A stretch of DNA of 64,000 nucleotides from Curvularia clavata. Its lineage: Eukaryota. Under the pieces are notes generated by a model. The model searched no databases and had not been told where the DNA came from. It saw nothing but the letters and a program-made list of their open reading frames with translations. Shown piece after piece: positions 10,056 through 21,145 of the stretch. The position numbers and the translations under genes are program-made. Numbering within the stretch: position 1 is the first letter of the stretch; every line of letters starts with the position of its first letter. The DNA is taken from the NCBI GenBank assembly GCA_023920165.1, contig CP089276.1, positions 2,170,001 to 2,234,000 of the forward strand, read 5' to 3'.

Positions 10056-11856
10056 ATGTCGCGCCCGCTACTTCCCGAGTCAGCGTACGAAGCGCTCGGT
10101 CTGTCTCCTGAAGCGATCAAAGACCTGATGAATCCCAAGCCCGCGCCGGAACCTACCAAGGTCCACGCCCCAAATTTATTGCAGAGCGACGAGGACAACG
10201 CGCGACCCATGTTGCCTAACGAAACTTCGATAACACTGTATGCCGAGCTCTTACTGCATATCCGCACAGTCACGCTCTTTGCCTCGCTGCGTACGAACCA
10301 TTCGCGGCAAACAGACGCGAAGCTGTCTGCCGATGGCTCCTACATTACTGTGTCGCACGAGGGCCAGTCAGCAACAATACGCCTGCCAATCAATGTCAAG
10401 GGAGGAGGCGATGCTGCTCTCGAGTTACCATCACGGCCTCCAAGCAAGGAGCTGACGTTACGCCTGCAACTGGAAGAGAAGGATGGTAGTGATCTGCTTG
10501 GTGCTCTGCAGCGCCAAGATCGACAAGCCAACATTGTACCTTGGGATGGTGCTTCACTAAACGACGCGAAAGATGTAGAGATTGTTTGTAAGAGCTGCTC
10601 GAGTGTTATCGTACCCAAAGGCAAGATACAACAGTGGAAAGATCTACCCAACGAGAATTGGGCAGAGATGATGGACTTTTGGCACTGCCACAAGCCCGAT
10701 GAACATCACTTGCACGATCATACCCACGAGCATGCCATTGGCCAAAAAGGATACGCAGCTGGCAACCGCCTCCAGGCCAAAGAGGGTGTAGGCTTCGTGG
10801 ATCTAACAAGCTTCCTTCTGACAGAGACTGATTGCGAGGGCACGCAGGTAAGCCTATAGCTTCATTCTGCCTTATTTGTCGGTGCGCTCGTATGATGATA
10901 TTTCGTTATATGGGCAGCGTATCGGGGCGCAAAGAAGGCGATATAGCCTTTCCAATGGCACTATCGTTGATACAAGCGCCCCAGAGCAATAGCTCATACA
11001 CGATCTCTCGGCCCGGATGTATCCTCACCTACCCAAGTTGACGGATTGCCGGCGTGATTGAGATAGCGGCCTGGTGTTTCACTGTCTTTCTACCCTTAGA
11101 CCATTGGGATTGGCGGGTTTAGCCAAAGGCTACATGCATTTCTAAACGCAGTGATATCTTTATGTTATTAGTGACGCTACTTGTGCTGACTTTGCGCAGT
11201 TGAAAACTGAAGGAGCAGAATCCAGCTCAGTTGCATGCAAACACTGCCAGCAGATGATCGGCAACCAGGATCCAACTGCAGGCGGCTGGCGAATACGAAA
11301 GTGGAACGTCAGCATCAACTCCAGTGCGCCCAGTCTACCTGCACATTCCTACACAATCCAAAAGTGGATATCAGCCCGCCTCCTCTACCTCATCGAGAAC
11401 ACTGCCGTCCGCAAGTTCCATATTCATGCCGCCCTACCGCCACACTCTGAAGGACCTACCCCTTCACTGCTTATATGGGTCTTCACTCCGGACCTTCTGT
11501 TCTCCTCATCCATCCCGTCACCCAACCGTCTTGATCCCACTCGCACGATGAAAGTCTTCTACCAAAAGCAGACATGGCAGCCACTTAAACCAGGCGAAGC
11601 AGAGAACGCGAGTATAGAAGATGTAGAGTTCCCCGAGGATTTATACACCGAGTTAGATCGCGCGTTGCAGCAAAGCCAACGCCTACTTCCGCCGACAGCT
11701 AAGAAGTTCCAGGGCTGGGATGTGGGATTATTGGAGCGGTTTGAGGTGGTGGAAGCTGGTATGGGACATGTTGTGGAGGAGTCTGAAGAGAGCAACGATG
11801 ATGACGGCAAGGAAGACGAGAACGAGTATGGGATTCCTTCGGAGCCAGTTGATTGA
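10056..11856 (+). CDS. IPA1: HECT_2-family E2-binding / E3 ligase protein (UBE3D/Ipa1-like)
   Basis: YAELLLHIR, CxxC, WKDLPNENWAEMMDFWHCHKP signature, second CxxC, LLIWVFTPDL; long phase-0 intron 10848-11199. Confidence 0.85.
10920..11137 (+). ncRNA. Intronic box H/ACA guide RNA (sno/scaRNA); 5' pocket complementary to the U2 snRNA branch-point region (snR81-like)
   Basis: Lower stem GGGGCGC(10924-30)/GCGCCCC(10976-82); pocket AAAGAA(10931-36)/GATACAA(10969-75); upper stem GGCGATA/TATCGTT plus GCC/GGC; H box AGAGCA 10983-88, 14 nt from the top of the pocket; second domain closed by AGCT/GGCT and followed by ACA 11132-34. Confidence 0.8.
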
Positions 11857-12902
11857 GATATAACTCAATACAATTCAAGTTAAACATGTCATGACCAAGG
11901 TCTCGTTCAAGTGAATTCACGTACACATGCACACACACGTGAGTGGGGCAATTGGTAGCTAATCGCGAACTATTCATAGATGGAATACTTGTCTCCCGCG
12001 TAGGGCGATGAAAACAACAGAATCCAAAGCCACTCTTTCCAAACTCTCGGAAGGAACAAATGCCGCTTGCCGTATAAACATTTCTTTGACCACTGAGACA
12101 TGCAACACACATATTCCCGTTCCTCCCTACCTCCCCGGGATTCCACGACCCTTCCCCAGCCGACTATCTGATCAGCTAACGGGTACGCACATGATTAGCC
12201 TGTATATCCGGCCTCACCTCCGTCGGGGCACGAAAAACCGCCGTGATTGTTAAGGCGGGTCTGTGTCGTGCATGTTGCATCGCCACCACCATCACACCAC
12301 TTAGACTTTAGCGCTGAGTCACACCTGCATGAGACACATTACGCGACAACTGGACCTTGCCAAGCCGACGTGACACGATGTTTCAGTCGAGCAACGAAGG
12401 GGCAGAGAGAAAGTCACGGGGACACTTCTGTTTCCTATCGAATATCTGTATTTTCTATACGCTATCTGATGATCTCTACCGCAGCCTTGGAAATAACTCC
12501 ATATGAAATGGGGGGAGATCGAAATCAGCGGGTAAAGCAAACTCGTTCGCTCTTTCCAAACAAACAAAGGCCATTTGTTTTTTTGTGAGGATTTTTCTTC
12601 TTGAGATTGTTCTTTGAGGGAAGAAAAAAAACCAGGTGCCCGTAAAACACGCAAGTGATAGGTAAACAGACTAATAACTGGAAGGTGCCATTACATCCCA
12701 TGCCTGTTGGGAAAACTTACTCTGTGATCCACCTCTTTTGTCATAATCAATCATGAACGCTGAATTGCAAAACGATACCGAGAACGCCAGCTCGGGCAAA
12801 AAAACAACAATCTCCTTGAATATACAAAGACAAAACGTGTGGGAGATGTTTACACAAATGCCTGATATGTGTATGCAAAACGGAGTAAAGTTTACTGCGC
12901 GT

Positions 12903-15299
12903 TTACATGAAGCTCATATAGTTTAGGTCATCCAACGTAGTGGTAGGCTCTGGGCAGAATTCCTCAAACTGCCCTCCAACTTGGTTGAACTCTGGGAAGA
13001 AGTTCGCTGTGTTGTTGAATGCCATTGTGCTGGGTGGAGTATTGTCGAACAAGGTAAAGTCTTCGGTTGGAAGGTTGAAGCATTGTCCGCCCATGTCCAT
13101 ATCACCAAACCCCTCGTCTGCGTGTGGCGAGAAGAGTGTGACATCAGGCTGCGCCAGTGGGGAAAGCTGGGGAAAGCCGTTGCCCATTTGGTTGTTCGAT
13201 GTGAATTGCAGTGGCTCAAAGTCGAAAGTGGTGCTCATGGGGGTCGGCTGCTGGAAGCCTGTGTTGAAGTTTACACCCAAGTTGCATGGGTTGTACATGT
13301 CATTGTGGTTGATGGAGATATCCTCGGGGGTCACTACAGCTTCGTTAAAGGCTGTAGGCTCAACGGGTGAATGCCCAGAAGAGGATGTAAAGTGTGAGCC
13401 ATCGGTGAAGATCGAGTTCCGGCGGTCGTCCTGGTAACTGTTGGTGCTCAGTGCAGGTGTGCCGAAGCCAAAGTCCATCATGGGCACTTGGGGCGACGGG
13501 GCGAATGGTGTCACTGGTGTAGCCATGGTTGCAGACATGGGTGTGCCCATAAATGGGGTCAGAGGAGTTGTGGGGCTTTGGTTGTTACTAGAAGGAGCCT
13601 TCTTGCGACCGTTGCTCTTGGAACGAACGTATTCCCAGCCATGGGCCTTCTCCATGTGCTGTTTGCAGTTGGATTCACGCTTGGAGGCATATGTGCATGG
13701 AGGGTAGAGACACTTGTACTGAGCAGGAGCAGCAGAGTGCTTGTCGTTCATGTGGCGGTCACGTTCCTTCTCCGTCGGCCAGCCGAGTTCAAAGTACTTG
13801 CAGCTCTTCTCGGAGCACTTCCAGGGACGGGAATGTGTCTTCTCGTGCTTGGTCAGATCGCATGGGCGCTTGAATTCCTTGTTGCAGTCACGGCAAGTGT
13901 GGACGACGTCGCCTGGCTTCTCGGATTTGCGGCGTCGTGCCATGGAGCGAGTCACCTCATCGTCGTCCATGTCATCAACGTGGGCATCGGAAAGACGACG
14001 CTTAATCCTAAACGTCTTTGCGGCATCCTCGTCAATGGGCATGACCTTTCCGTTCTTCTCACGGACCAGCTCAACGGGGCGGCCGTTGTGGCTTAGGCCG
14101 CCACGGAGCGTGATCTTCTCATCGCTGTTGAAGAGCTTGTCAGTGCGGGAAAAGAGAAAGCTGGCGGCTCGGTCATACCGTGAATAATCCATTTCGCTGA
14201 GGTCTTCGCCTTTGGATTCCTTTTCGCGGGTGGCGGCCATAATGGAGGCGTATCGTCTAATCTGTTCCATCAAGTCAAGGAAGTAGCCGTCAGTATAAGG
14301 GCGGTCGGTTGGTAGTCGCTGGTCTTGCTCGGAAAGGTATTGGACGGTCGTGGCCAAGAGCTGAATTGATCGTTCACAGAATCGGGAGTATTTGTCGGGG
14401 GTGGCAGAGAGCTCCTGAAGACCGCGAAGAATGCAATAAGCTTTTGCACTCGCAGGTATACAACGAATTTGACTTACCGGTGCCAAGAAAATGAGAGTCT
14501 TCTCGAGATCGCGAAGGTTGCGGATGTTCTTCTCACCTATGCGTCGGGGAACGTCTTTGATGAGGTCGTGGAAATCTTTTAGTGACTCCTCGGCGAGGAT
14601 GGGCTTGATGATTGTGTCGTGGATCTGCTTGCACGCGTACTCGCCCAGAGTGTGGCCTTCGTCAGAGGCACTGAGGGTAGAGGCTGAGCGCGTCACGGCA
14701 GAGTGGGTGGTGCTGATGGAGCTGCTGATGGATTCACGGATGCTAGAGTGTTGGGAGGGGATATCGTCTTTATGTATGTTAGAAACTAGGGCGTCTTGGT
14801 CTTGCATGGGTGGGTGCAGCGAGTCCTTACTGTATCTCGATCCACTGACACTGGAACCCAGACCGCTGTCAGAAGCGTGGTCGTGGGGGCTGCTTTCATA
14901 TGCAGATGGCTTGGAGTCAATCTCCATAGGGGTGTGGTCCAGAGCGGCGTTGTCGAGGAACAAGCTCGGGACAGGGAAGACTTCCGGGTCGCTGAGGATG
15001 TTGGAGGCGGTAGCTGAGGTCTTGCGTCCAGCAATCTTGGCCTCGATGTCGTTGAGCAGGTTGGTAACACGGCGGACACTGGGATCCTGGATGGACTCTT
15101 GGACAAGCTGCTCCAGACGTTCTGTGTTGGTTGGGGACCGGCGGGGCATCAAGTGTTTGTTCAAGTCGCAGATGTCGGAAGAGATGTGAGTAGGCGAAGA
15201 GAAGGTGCCACTCTTGCGAAGCTGCATGGTATGGGTAGCAGCCCCACCCTTAAGTGGACGTCGCCGGGGATGGCGGTTCTGGTCGTGGGATGCAGACAT
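12903..15299 (-). CDS. ACE1: C2H2 zinc-finger transcription factor Ace1/SltA (StzA)
   Basis: LRKSGTFSSP, HASDSGLGSSV, LRDLEKTLIF, DRPYTDGYFLDL, RSMARRRK, three fingers (KEFKRPCDLTKHEKTHSRPWKC; GWPTEKERDRH; YASKRESNCKQHMEKAHGW); introns 14768-14830, 14415-14477, 14125-14178; start taken at MSASHDQ. Confidence 0.92.
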   Translation of the reverse strand: MSASHDQNRHPRRRPLKGGAATHTMQLRKSGTFSSPTHISSDICDLNKHLMPRRSPTNTERLEQLVQESIQDPSVRRVTNLLNDIEAKIAGRKTSATASNILSDPEVFPVPSLFLDNAALDHTPMEIDSKPSAYESSPHDHASDSGLGSSVSGSRYSKDSLHPPMQDQDALVSNIHKDDIPSQHSSIRESISSSISTTHSAVTRSASTLSASDEGHTLGEYACKQIHDTIIKPILAEESLKDFHDLIKDVPRRIGEKNIRNLRDLEKTLIFLAPVSQIRCIPASAKAYCILRGLQELSATPDKYSRFCERSIQLLATTVQYLSEQDQRLPTDRPYTDGYFLDLMEQIRRYASIMAATREKESKGEDLSEMDYSRYDRAASFLFSRTDKLFNSDEKITLRGGLSHNGRPVELVREKNGKVMPIDEDAAKTFRIKRRLSDAHVDDMDDDEVTRSMARRRKSEKPGDVVHTCRDCNKEFKRPCDLTKHEKTHSRPWKCSEKSCKYFELGWPTEKERDRHMNDKHSAAPAQYKCLYPPCTYASKRESNCKQHMEKAHGWEYVRSKSNGRKKAPSSNNQSPTTPLTPFMGTPMSATMATPVTPFAPSPQVPMMDFGFGTPALSTNSYQDDRRNSIFTDGSHFTSSSGHSPVEPTAFNEAVVTPEDISINHNDMYNPCNLGVNFNTGFQQPTPMSTTFDFEPLQFTSNNQMGNGFPQLSPLAQPDVTLFSPHADEGFGDMDMGGQCFNLPTEDFTLFDNTPPSTMAFNNTANFFPEFNQVGGQFEEFCPEPTTTLDDLNYMSFM

Positions 15300-15353
15300 G
15301 TCGGGTATGACTGGTTGCAATGCGGGACTTTAACTGGAGGCGGCCTCAGGCTT

Positions 15354-15362
15354 ATGAGTCAC
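15354..15362. promoter_or_regulatory. Gcn4/CpcA (AP-1-type) consensus site upstream of ACE1
   Basis: ATGAGTCAC (GTGACTCAT on the minus strand), about 55 nt upstream of the ACE1 ATG. Confidence 0.4.
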
Positions 15363-16597
15363 GGACTGGAGCGGTTCCCCAAGCCCAGGGATCCAAACAG
15401 TCCAAGTGTGAATGGATGACAAAGCCGAGATCACGTTCTCATTGACCGGCGATTGGGGTACCTCCGGGTGCAGGACAAGATGATAGGCCAGACCGGATGG
15501 TAGAGATGGAGGTAGTACGAGGAGCAGAAGAATGATGAGCGAGCTGGAAGGGCGTTGGAGGGTTGGAGTGAGCTGCGGTGGTCAAGGCGCGGTATTTAGA
15601 AGGCGCAGCACCCGGACCAAGACGGGCGGCTTGGGCGAAGGGACAAAGATGCAAAAAGGGCGGCGGTGGGGCGAGTGTGCAACCAGAGAATGGGACGTGG
15701 TGGGCGCAGAGGGGGAGGCCTGAGGTGTCGAGAGTGAAGATGGAAGAGGAATCAGGGCATTGGGGGGTATAGGTGGTAGTAAAGAGAAGGCGCGACTATG
15801 ACATTTGGTGTCGCTGTTGCCTAAACCAAGGATTGCACGGCCCCGCTGCAATGCGCCACATTGACGCTAGTGCCGACTCCAATACGAGCATTCACCATTA
15901 TTCGCCAGCACCCTCTGCATGTACACACCTCACGGCCAATTGTCCAACCAGTTTCCTTCACCTGCATCGCCGGCCGGGTGTATTCGACGACAGTAGCGTG
16001 CAGAACCATGAGCAGAAACGTCCGACCGACACGGTCAACCAGCGCGGCCATGGCACAGGACCCTCCGCCAAGAAACCGGTCAGCCCCAAGCAGCGCAGGA
16101 ACGGCTGCTAGGCCTTGCTTTTCCCTCGCCCGTGGCGTAAGGCCTCCAGGGCTGTGCATGGATAAAGTCGGCGCGTCCTCATCGCCCTCATCACCACAGG
16201 GGCCCCGACCGACTGATAGTCATAAACCCGTGCTTCCGCGACGGTGCAGAAGTGCACACTTGCGCAGCTCCACCCTTCCGCAGGCCCCGTTAGTCGGGCA
16301 ACACGACTCCCCGATGGTGTTCTGGGTGCTCGCATACGTATGCAACGCGCCCCCATTGGACTGCTCGCTTGCTTCACCAGATTCACCGGTATTGTGTGGG
16401 GGCCAGAAACGTCGTCAACGTGCATGTGATGTTTAGGGTTGTCCTCATGCAGGGCAGACGACCATTATCGATTTTGAGGGTGGCTCGGCGGCCATGGACT
16501 AACTATCCCGCCGCCCTCCGCGGATCGACACATGTCCTTCTCTTAGCCATTCCACAACCTACCGCACAACCATCCACATTCACACTGCTCACCCCAT

Positions 16598-17305
16598 CTA
16601 GTGACATTTCCGCCGGAACATTTCTTGGACCATGGCTTCCATCCAATCTACTCTCGTCTGCTGATTCCAGTATCTCCACGACTTCAAGTCGAGTCTTGTG
16701 CAAAGTTCTCTGACAACCCATGCCTTTCCCGCGTACCCGATAAACCCTCTCATCGCATTCTTCTTTTCCTTTTCGCTTGGCTGCTGCATCTTCTCCCCCG
16801 TCGTACATTGCACAACGTACTCTTGCGTCGTCATGAACCACATGGAGCTGGGGTATCCAAATTGCTCAATGGTAAAGTCGGCAATGTATTCTCCGCCCGA
16901 TGGTGTCGTGATGCTAAACACGCTATGCCGTACCCTATGTGCCAGCGGCCTGCGATGCCAGTGGAAAAGAAGACGCGGTTTAGCATCAACAGCAAGCCAA
17001 TCAACATCCGCTTTCACCTCTCGTAGGCGCAACGAGAGATGGCAGAGAAACAGCCGAATACTGTAGTCACAGTAGTTATACTTTTGGCTACCCCTTCGTA
17101 GTTCGTGTGGCACCCATGCTGGATACGCTGCGGCGCCAGTGGCTTCCAACATCTCCCAAATGTAGTGAACGAGAATAGTAGGTCCATTGCTTCGTATCTT
17201 GTGAGGGACCAGGGCATAGGTAATGGGTCGCTTGTCGTATTCCAGTACAAAGTTGAACATGAACCAGTAAGGCTCCAGTATCGCTTTAACATCTGCAAAA
17301 TCCAT
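16598..17305 (-). CDS. Hypothetical protein, possible transglutaminase/papain-like fold
   Basis: 235-aa ATG-initiated ORF with globular composition; NYCDYS / HSVF / YIADFTIEQFGY pattern; start could lie in an upstream exon. Confidence 0.6.
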   Translation of the reverse strand: MDFADVKAILEPYWFMFNFVLEYDKRPITYALVPHKIRSNGPTILVHYIWEMLEATGAAAYPAWVPHELRRGSQKYNYCDYSIRLFLCHLSLRLREVKADVDWLAVDAKPRLLFHWHRRPLAHRVRHSVFSITTPSGGEYIADFTIEQFGYPSSMWFMTTQEYVVQCTTGEKMQQPSEKEKKNAMRGFIGYAGKAWVVRELCTRLDLKSWRYWNQQTRVDWMEAMVQEMFRRKCH

Positions 17306-18684
17306 TTGGAAAAATCAGCTGCTTTGCGGCTTTCGTCACTGTACAATAACAACGCTGGCGCAAATTGAAAATGCAGAACTCGCAATGTCGTTTCTGTGAT
17401 ATATGTTGCATGAGTAACGTAACCATTCTGCCAGATGCAAAGCCTACCCCAAGTAGGGTCTTCTTGAGTACGTCGCGTACCTATTTGTAGGCATGCTGCT
17501 GTGAGAATCTTATCCTTGGTCTACTTATGATTCACTGTGCTTACCTTTTGGCTTGTTAACTGTGGTTTGAAGGCGTTTACAAGGCCACGGATGTAAACCT
17601 CGGAACCCGACTGTAGCCGATGCAACTCATCATATTGATTTGCCAATCGTTTCTAGTGACGGCTAAGTTTTTCGTAGTGTAGTAGGCTGCAGGAAAGATA
17701 TGATACTAAAGTGAGTGTAGAGGTAAGAGCTGCCATTTCACCAAGGTTTTCCTAGTAGATCCCTGACCAACCACAGAACACGTATTGCAATTTCTATCAA
17801 CAGGGCCTTTCTATTCTAGAAGTTACGCTCATGGCGTTATCACATAATCGCATTGGGTTTGTATATTTCCCCGACTAGTGCTCTCCCTTGGTTCTCTCCC
17901 AAGATCCTCAGGGACCCGAAAGTCACTGGATACGGTGCGAAAGCTCGACAAGATTCTGTCTTCTTTTTCCCAACACATCATTTTGCGCACTGTATTCTAC
18001 TCTTAATCGGTTACAACGCGGTCGGTCGTCATCTCAATCTCTATTTACGGCAAGGTTTCGGACCGTATCTAACGCCAATTGTTTCTGCCGGTGGTCTCCT
18101 TCTTGCGTCAGCCACTTTCCCCACATCCTCAGCCAAAGCAAACATTTGCTTGCAAAAGCCGATGCTGTGCAAGGATTGCTTCACCCGTCAGTGCACCGAA
18201 TGGCCTCTACTCGATCACCATATCGGCGTCGCACGTTCCAGTAGCATGGGTCAGGAGGGAACCATCCATTTGACATCACATGGGACCGCGTTTAGCGACT
18301 TGGCGCCGGGTGGTGGCTAGCGCCCTGGGGTGCGAGGCTGAGATCCAATGGGCGCGCGAAGCACCACTCCTTCTGTTTCAAACACACTGTCAAGCTCAAA
18401 CCCCTCGCGCCATGCTGGTGTCGCCGCCGTCGCCGCCGTCACTGCCGCCGCCGTGAGCGTCCCATCTTTATCTCGTCTCAAGTGAGCCTGTCACTCCCTT
18501 GACAGTCCATTCCCGTCGCTCCCTCACTCCCTGTACCTATTTCCTTGGGCCTTTTTGCGCCCGTTACAGTCGCTCTACGCACAGGTTCACGCTGGTCGTG
18601 CCTGCCTACGCTCTCTTGCTAGCGGTACATATCGCCACCGCAAATTCGGACATTCCGGTATTCGTTGTTTGAGGTTTCGCAAAG

Positions 18685-20356
18685 ATGTTGGGTTTCCACA
18701 GAAGGACGCGGTCACTCATCCCAGTCAAGGACTTGGGCAAATACGACAAGGTGGCCATGGTTGAAGAGGAAGAAGAGGAAGAGGTTGAGGTTGAGGAAGA
18801 GATGGAAAACACGCTGGACGGTGCAAACATGTCACAACGAGGGCAACTGATACTGGTGTACCTTGTCTTTTTTGCTGAAGCGTATGTCTTCTCGTTCAAA
18901 TCGAGTCTTGAGACGGCCCTGGACCAGTGCTAATCTTCACCACAGCATCATGGCATCTAGCCTCCAGCCCCAGCTCCAAATGCTCCTCTCATCTTCCGAC
19001 TACTGCGGCACTCTATCCTCATCTTATCTCCGAAGTATCCTCGACTGCGCATATGCATTCGGTGGAACGACAGGTCTCTTCTGGGGATACCTCGCGGATC
19101 GCATGGGAAGACGGCGCGTCGCCCTCATTGGGCTCTGGAGCATGTTCGCCTGCTGCATGTGCATGGGGTTTGCGACCAGCTTAGCTGGCTGCACCATTTT
19201 CCGCTTCGTCGCTGGCATGGTCAGCTCAGCAATTGTATGCACCACCCTAACCATGATTGGGGATTTGAGCACAACAGCAGAGAAAAGGGCAAAGAATGTC
19301 GCCCGCCTACCCGTCATCTCCCTCGGTGGTTCCATGGGCCCTATTATGCAGCTCATGGTCTCGGAAAGTCTGCAAGCATACAACATGGTATGGCAGGACT
19401 ACCCCACTCTAGGCTCAGAGCTGGCTTGCGGAAGCATACTGTTCATTATTGCACTTATGGCTAGCATCTTCCTCAAGGAGACACTGCCCAACCTCAGCGA
19501 GCGTACAGCAGACCTAGTGGACATGGACTGCGAGAAAGCCGCTTTCCTCCGCCGCGATTCACATGACACTAACGTAACACTTGTCGACTTTGCTCGGCCC
19601 GAGCCCATTACCATTACCCAGTTCCTCCAAGCCCCCTCGCTCATGGTCCTCCTGTCCTCTTTCTGCCTGCTATCCCTCCACGCCTCGACCTTTGACGTCG
19701 TCCTCCCGCACCTTGGCCACAGCAGCACTGAATCCGGTGGCATGGGCATTCCTTGCGAATGGATCAACATCATCGTCCTCGGTGTACGCGGCCTCGCCGG
19801 CGCCGTCGTCTTCTACGCCGTTCCCTACGCAACCTCCAAGCACGGCCTCGTCACTCTCTACCGCTCTCTTTCCGCCCTGCTCCCCGCAACCTACGTAATC
19901 ACTCCTTTCCTCGCCGCCGTTGTAACATGCTCTGGCATCGGCCCCTTCATTTCCACCTTCTCTATCTTCGCAAAGCACCTCCTCACCGACGCCGCAACAG
20001 TAGTCGTTTCCCTCCTCGTCCTCAACACCACCCCCGATGCCTTCTCCGCCGGCACCGTCGTAGGCATGATGCAAGTTGCCAGTCTCTTCAAGGCTTTTGC
20101 CGTCGCCGTCAGCGGTACAAGCTACTACTTCAGCGACGACATCAGCGTCGACACAACGAACCTTGCTCTCTGGACTTGTCTCGCTCTCTTCGGCATCGCG
20201 GGCGCAGGTCTCGCGTGGTTCGTGCGCGAGAGACCGAGCGTAGAAAAGGATTTCCCCAGCGAGGTGCTTTGCTGGGAGACGTGCTTCGATGCTGATGCCG
20301 AGAAGCAATTTGAGCTTGAAACTAGCGATGTCGACTCAGATGTGGAGGGTGTCTAA
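18685..20356 (+). CDS. Major facilitator superfamily transporter
   Basis: MFS motif A WGYLADRMGRRRV, IFRFVAG, many hydrophobic segments, acidic N-terminal run; intron 18882-18945. Confidence 0.85.
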
Positions 20357-21145
20357 CATTCATTTTTCTTGTGTTGTTTTATTAGTTTGTTTGTTGAGCA
20401 CATGCCATTTACTCGTGGAACACACGGATGTGCATTTGTTCTGTTTTGTTTTGTTGTTTTTACTGATCTCTCTCTCTCCCTCCTTTACCGTTTTCACCTT
20501 GCACGTCGCTTTTTGTGTACTTGTTTTCTTTGTGTTTGGATGGGCTTTTTTATGTCAACCGAATCTACCTTTTTGACAGTCTATTCTGTGTCTACATATG
20601 TGCTTGCGTGAGTGGTGATTAATATGTGATGACCTCACTTGACGTGGAGTCTCTAGCCATCAGCTCAAGCGGAAAAGGGATGACTGCGATTCCCACAACA
20701 AGAACGGATGATAACCCGCTACGAATGTCACAACTGACATGCCAGAAGAAACTAGTCACAACAGCTGTTATGCGTGAACATACAAAGCGTTCGGGCACTA
20801 CTTACTTTTCTAGAGCATCACGATATCTTCACAGCAACACAGACGAGGGGTAGTTCTTTAAAAGAGTAACATACTCTATAGCTAGCTAGTAATCAGAAAC
20901 CTTGGCCTGTAAGGCAGATGGTCCAAATATCAAACCAAGCAACTTTTTCCGTTTGAACGCCATTTCCATGAGAGCCTTTAACTTTAAAAAAAAGAAGTTC
21001 TCTCACCCGATGATCATGTCACACATCATTATCGTACGGCAGAAGAACCTCTTACCCTCCCTCCATTACTTACCCCTTTTCGAGATGGTCAAAGCAGATA
21101 AACAAAGAAAGCAGAAAGGTGCACACAAGAATCTAGAAAAGATGC

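Noticed and set aside
11012..11108. snR30/U17 identity from m1/m2-like words (ATGTATCCT, AGACCAT)
   Set aside because: The matches are imperfect and not directly followed by the ACA box; U2 complementarity explains the RNA better
10892..11189. Composite C/D-H/ACA scaRNA (box C ATGATGA at 10892 flanking the H/ACA domain)
   Set aside because: The only downstream CTGA coincides with the intron branch site; no convincing terminal stem, D' or C' boxes
16430..16442. Telomerase RNA template or telomeric seed (TTAGGGTT)
   Set aside because: A single short match with no supporting structure
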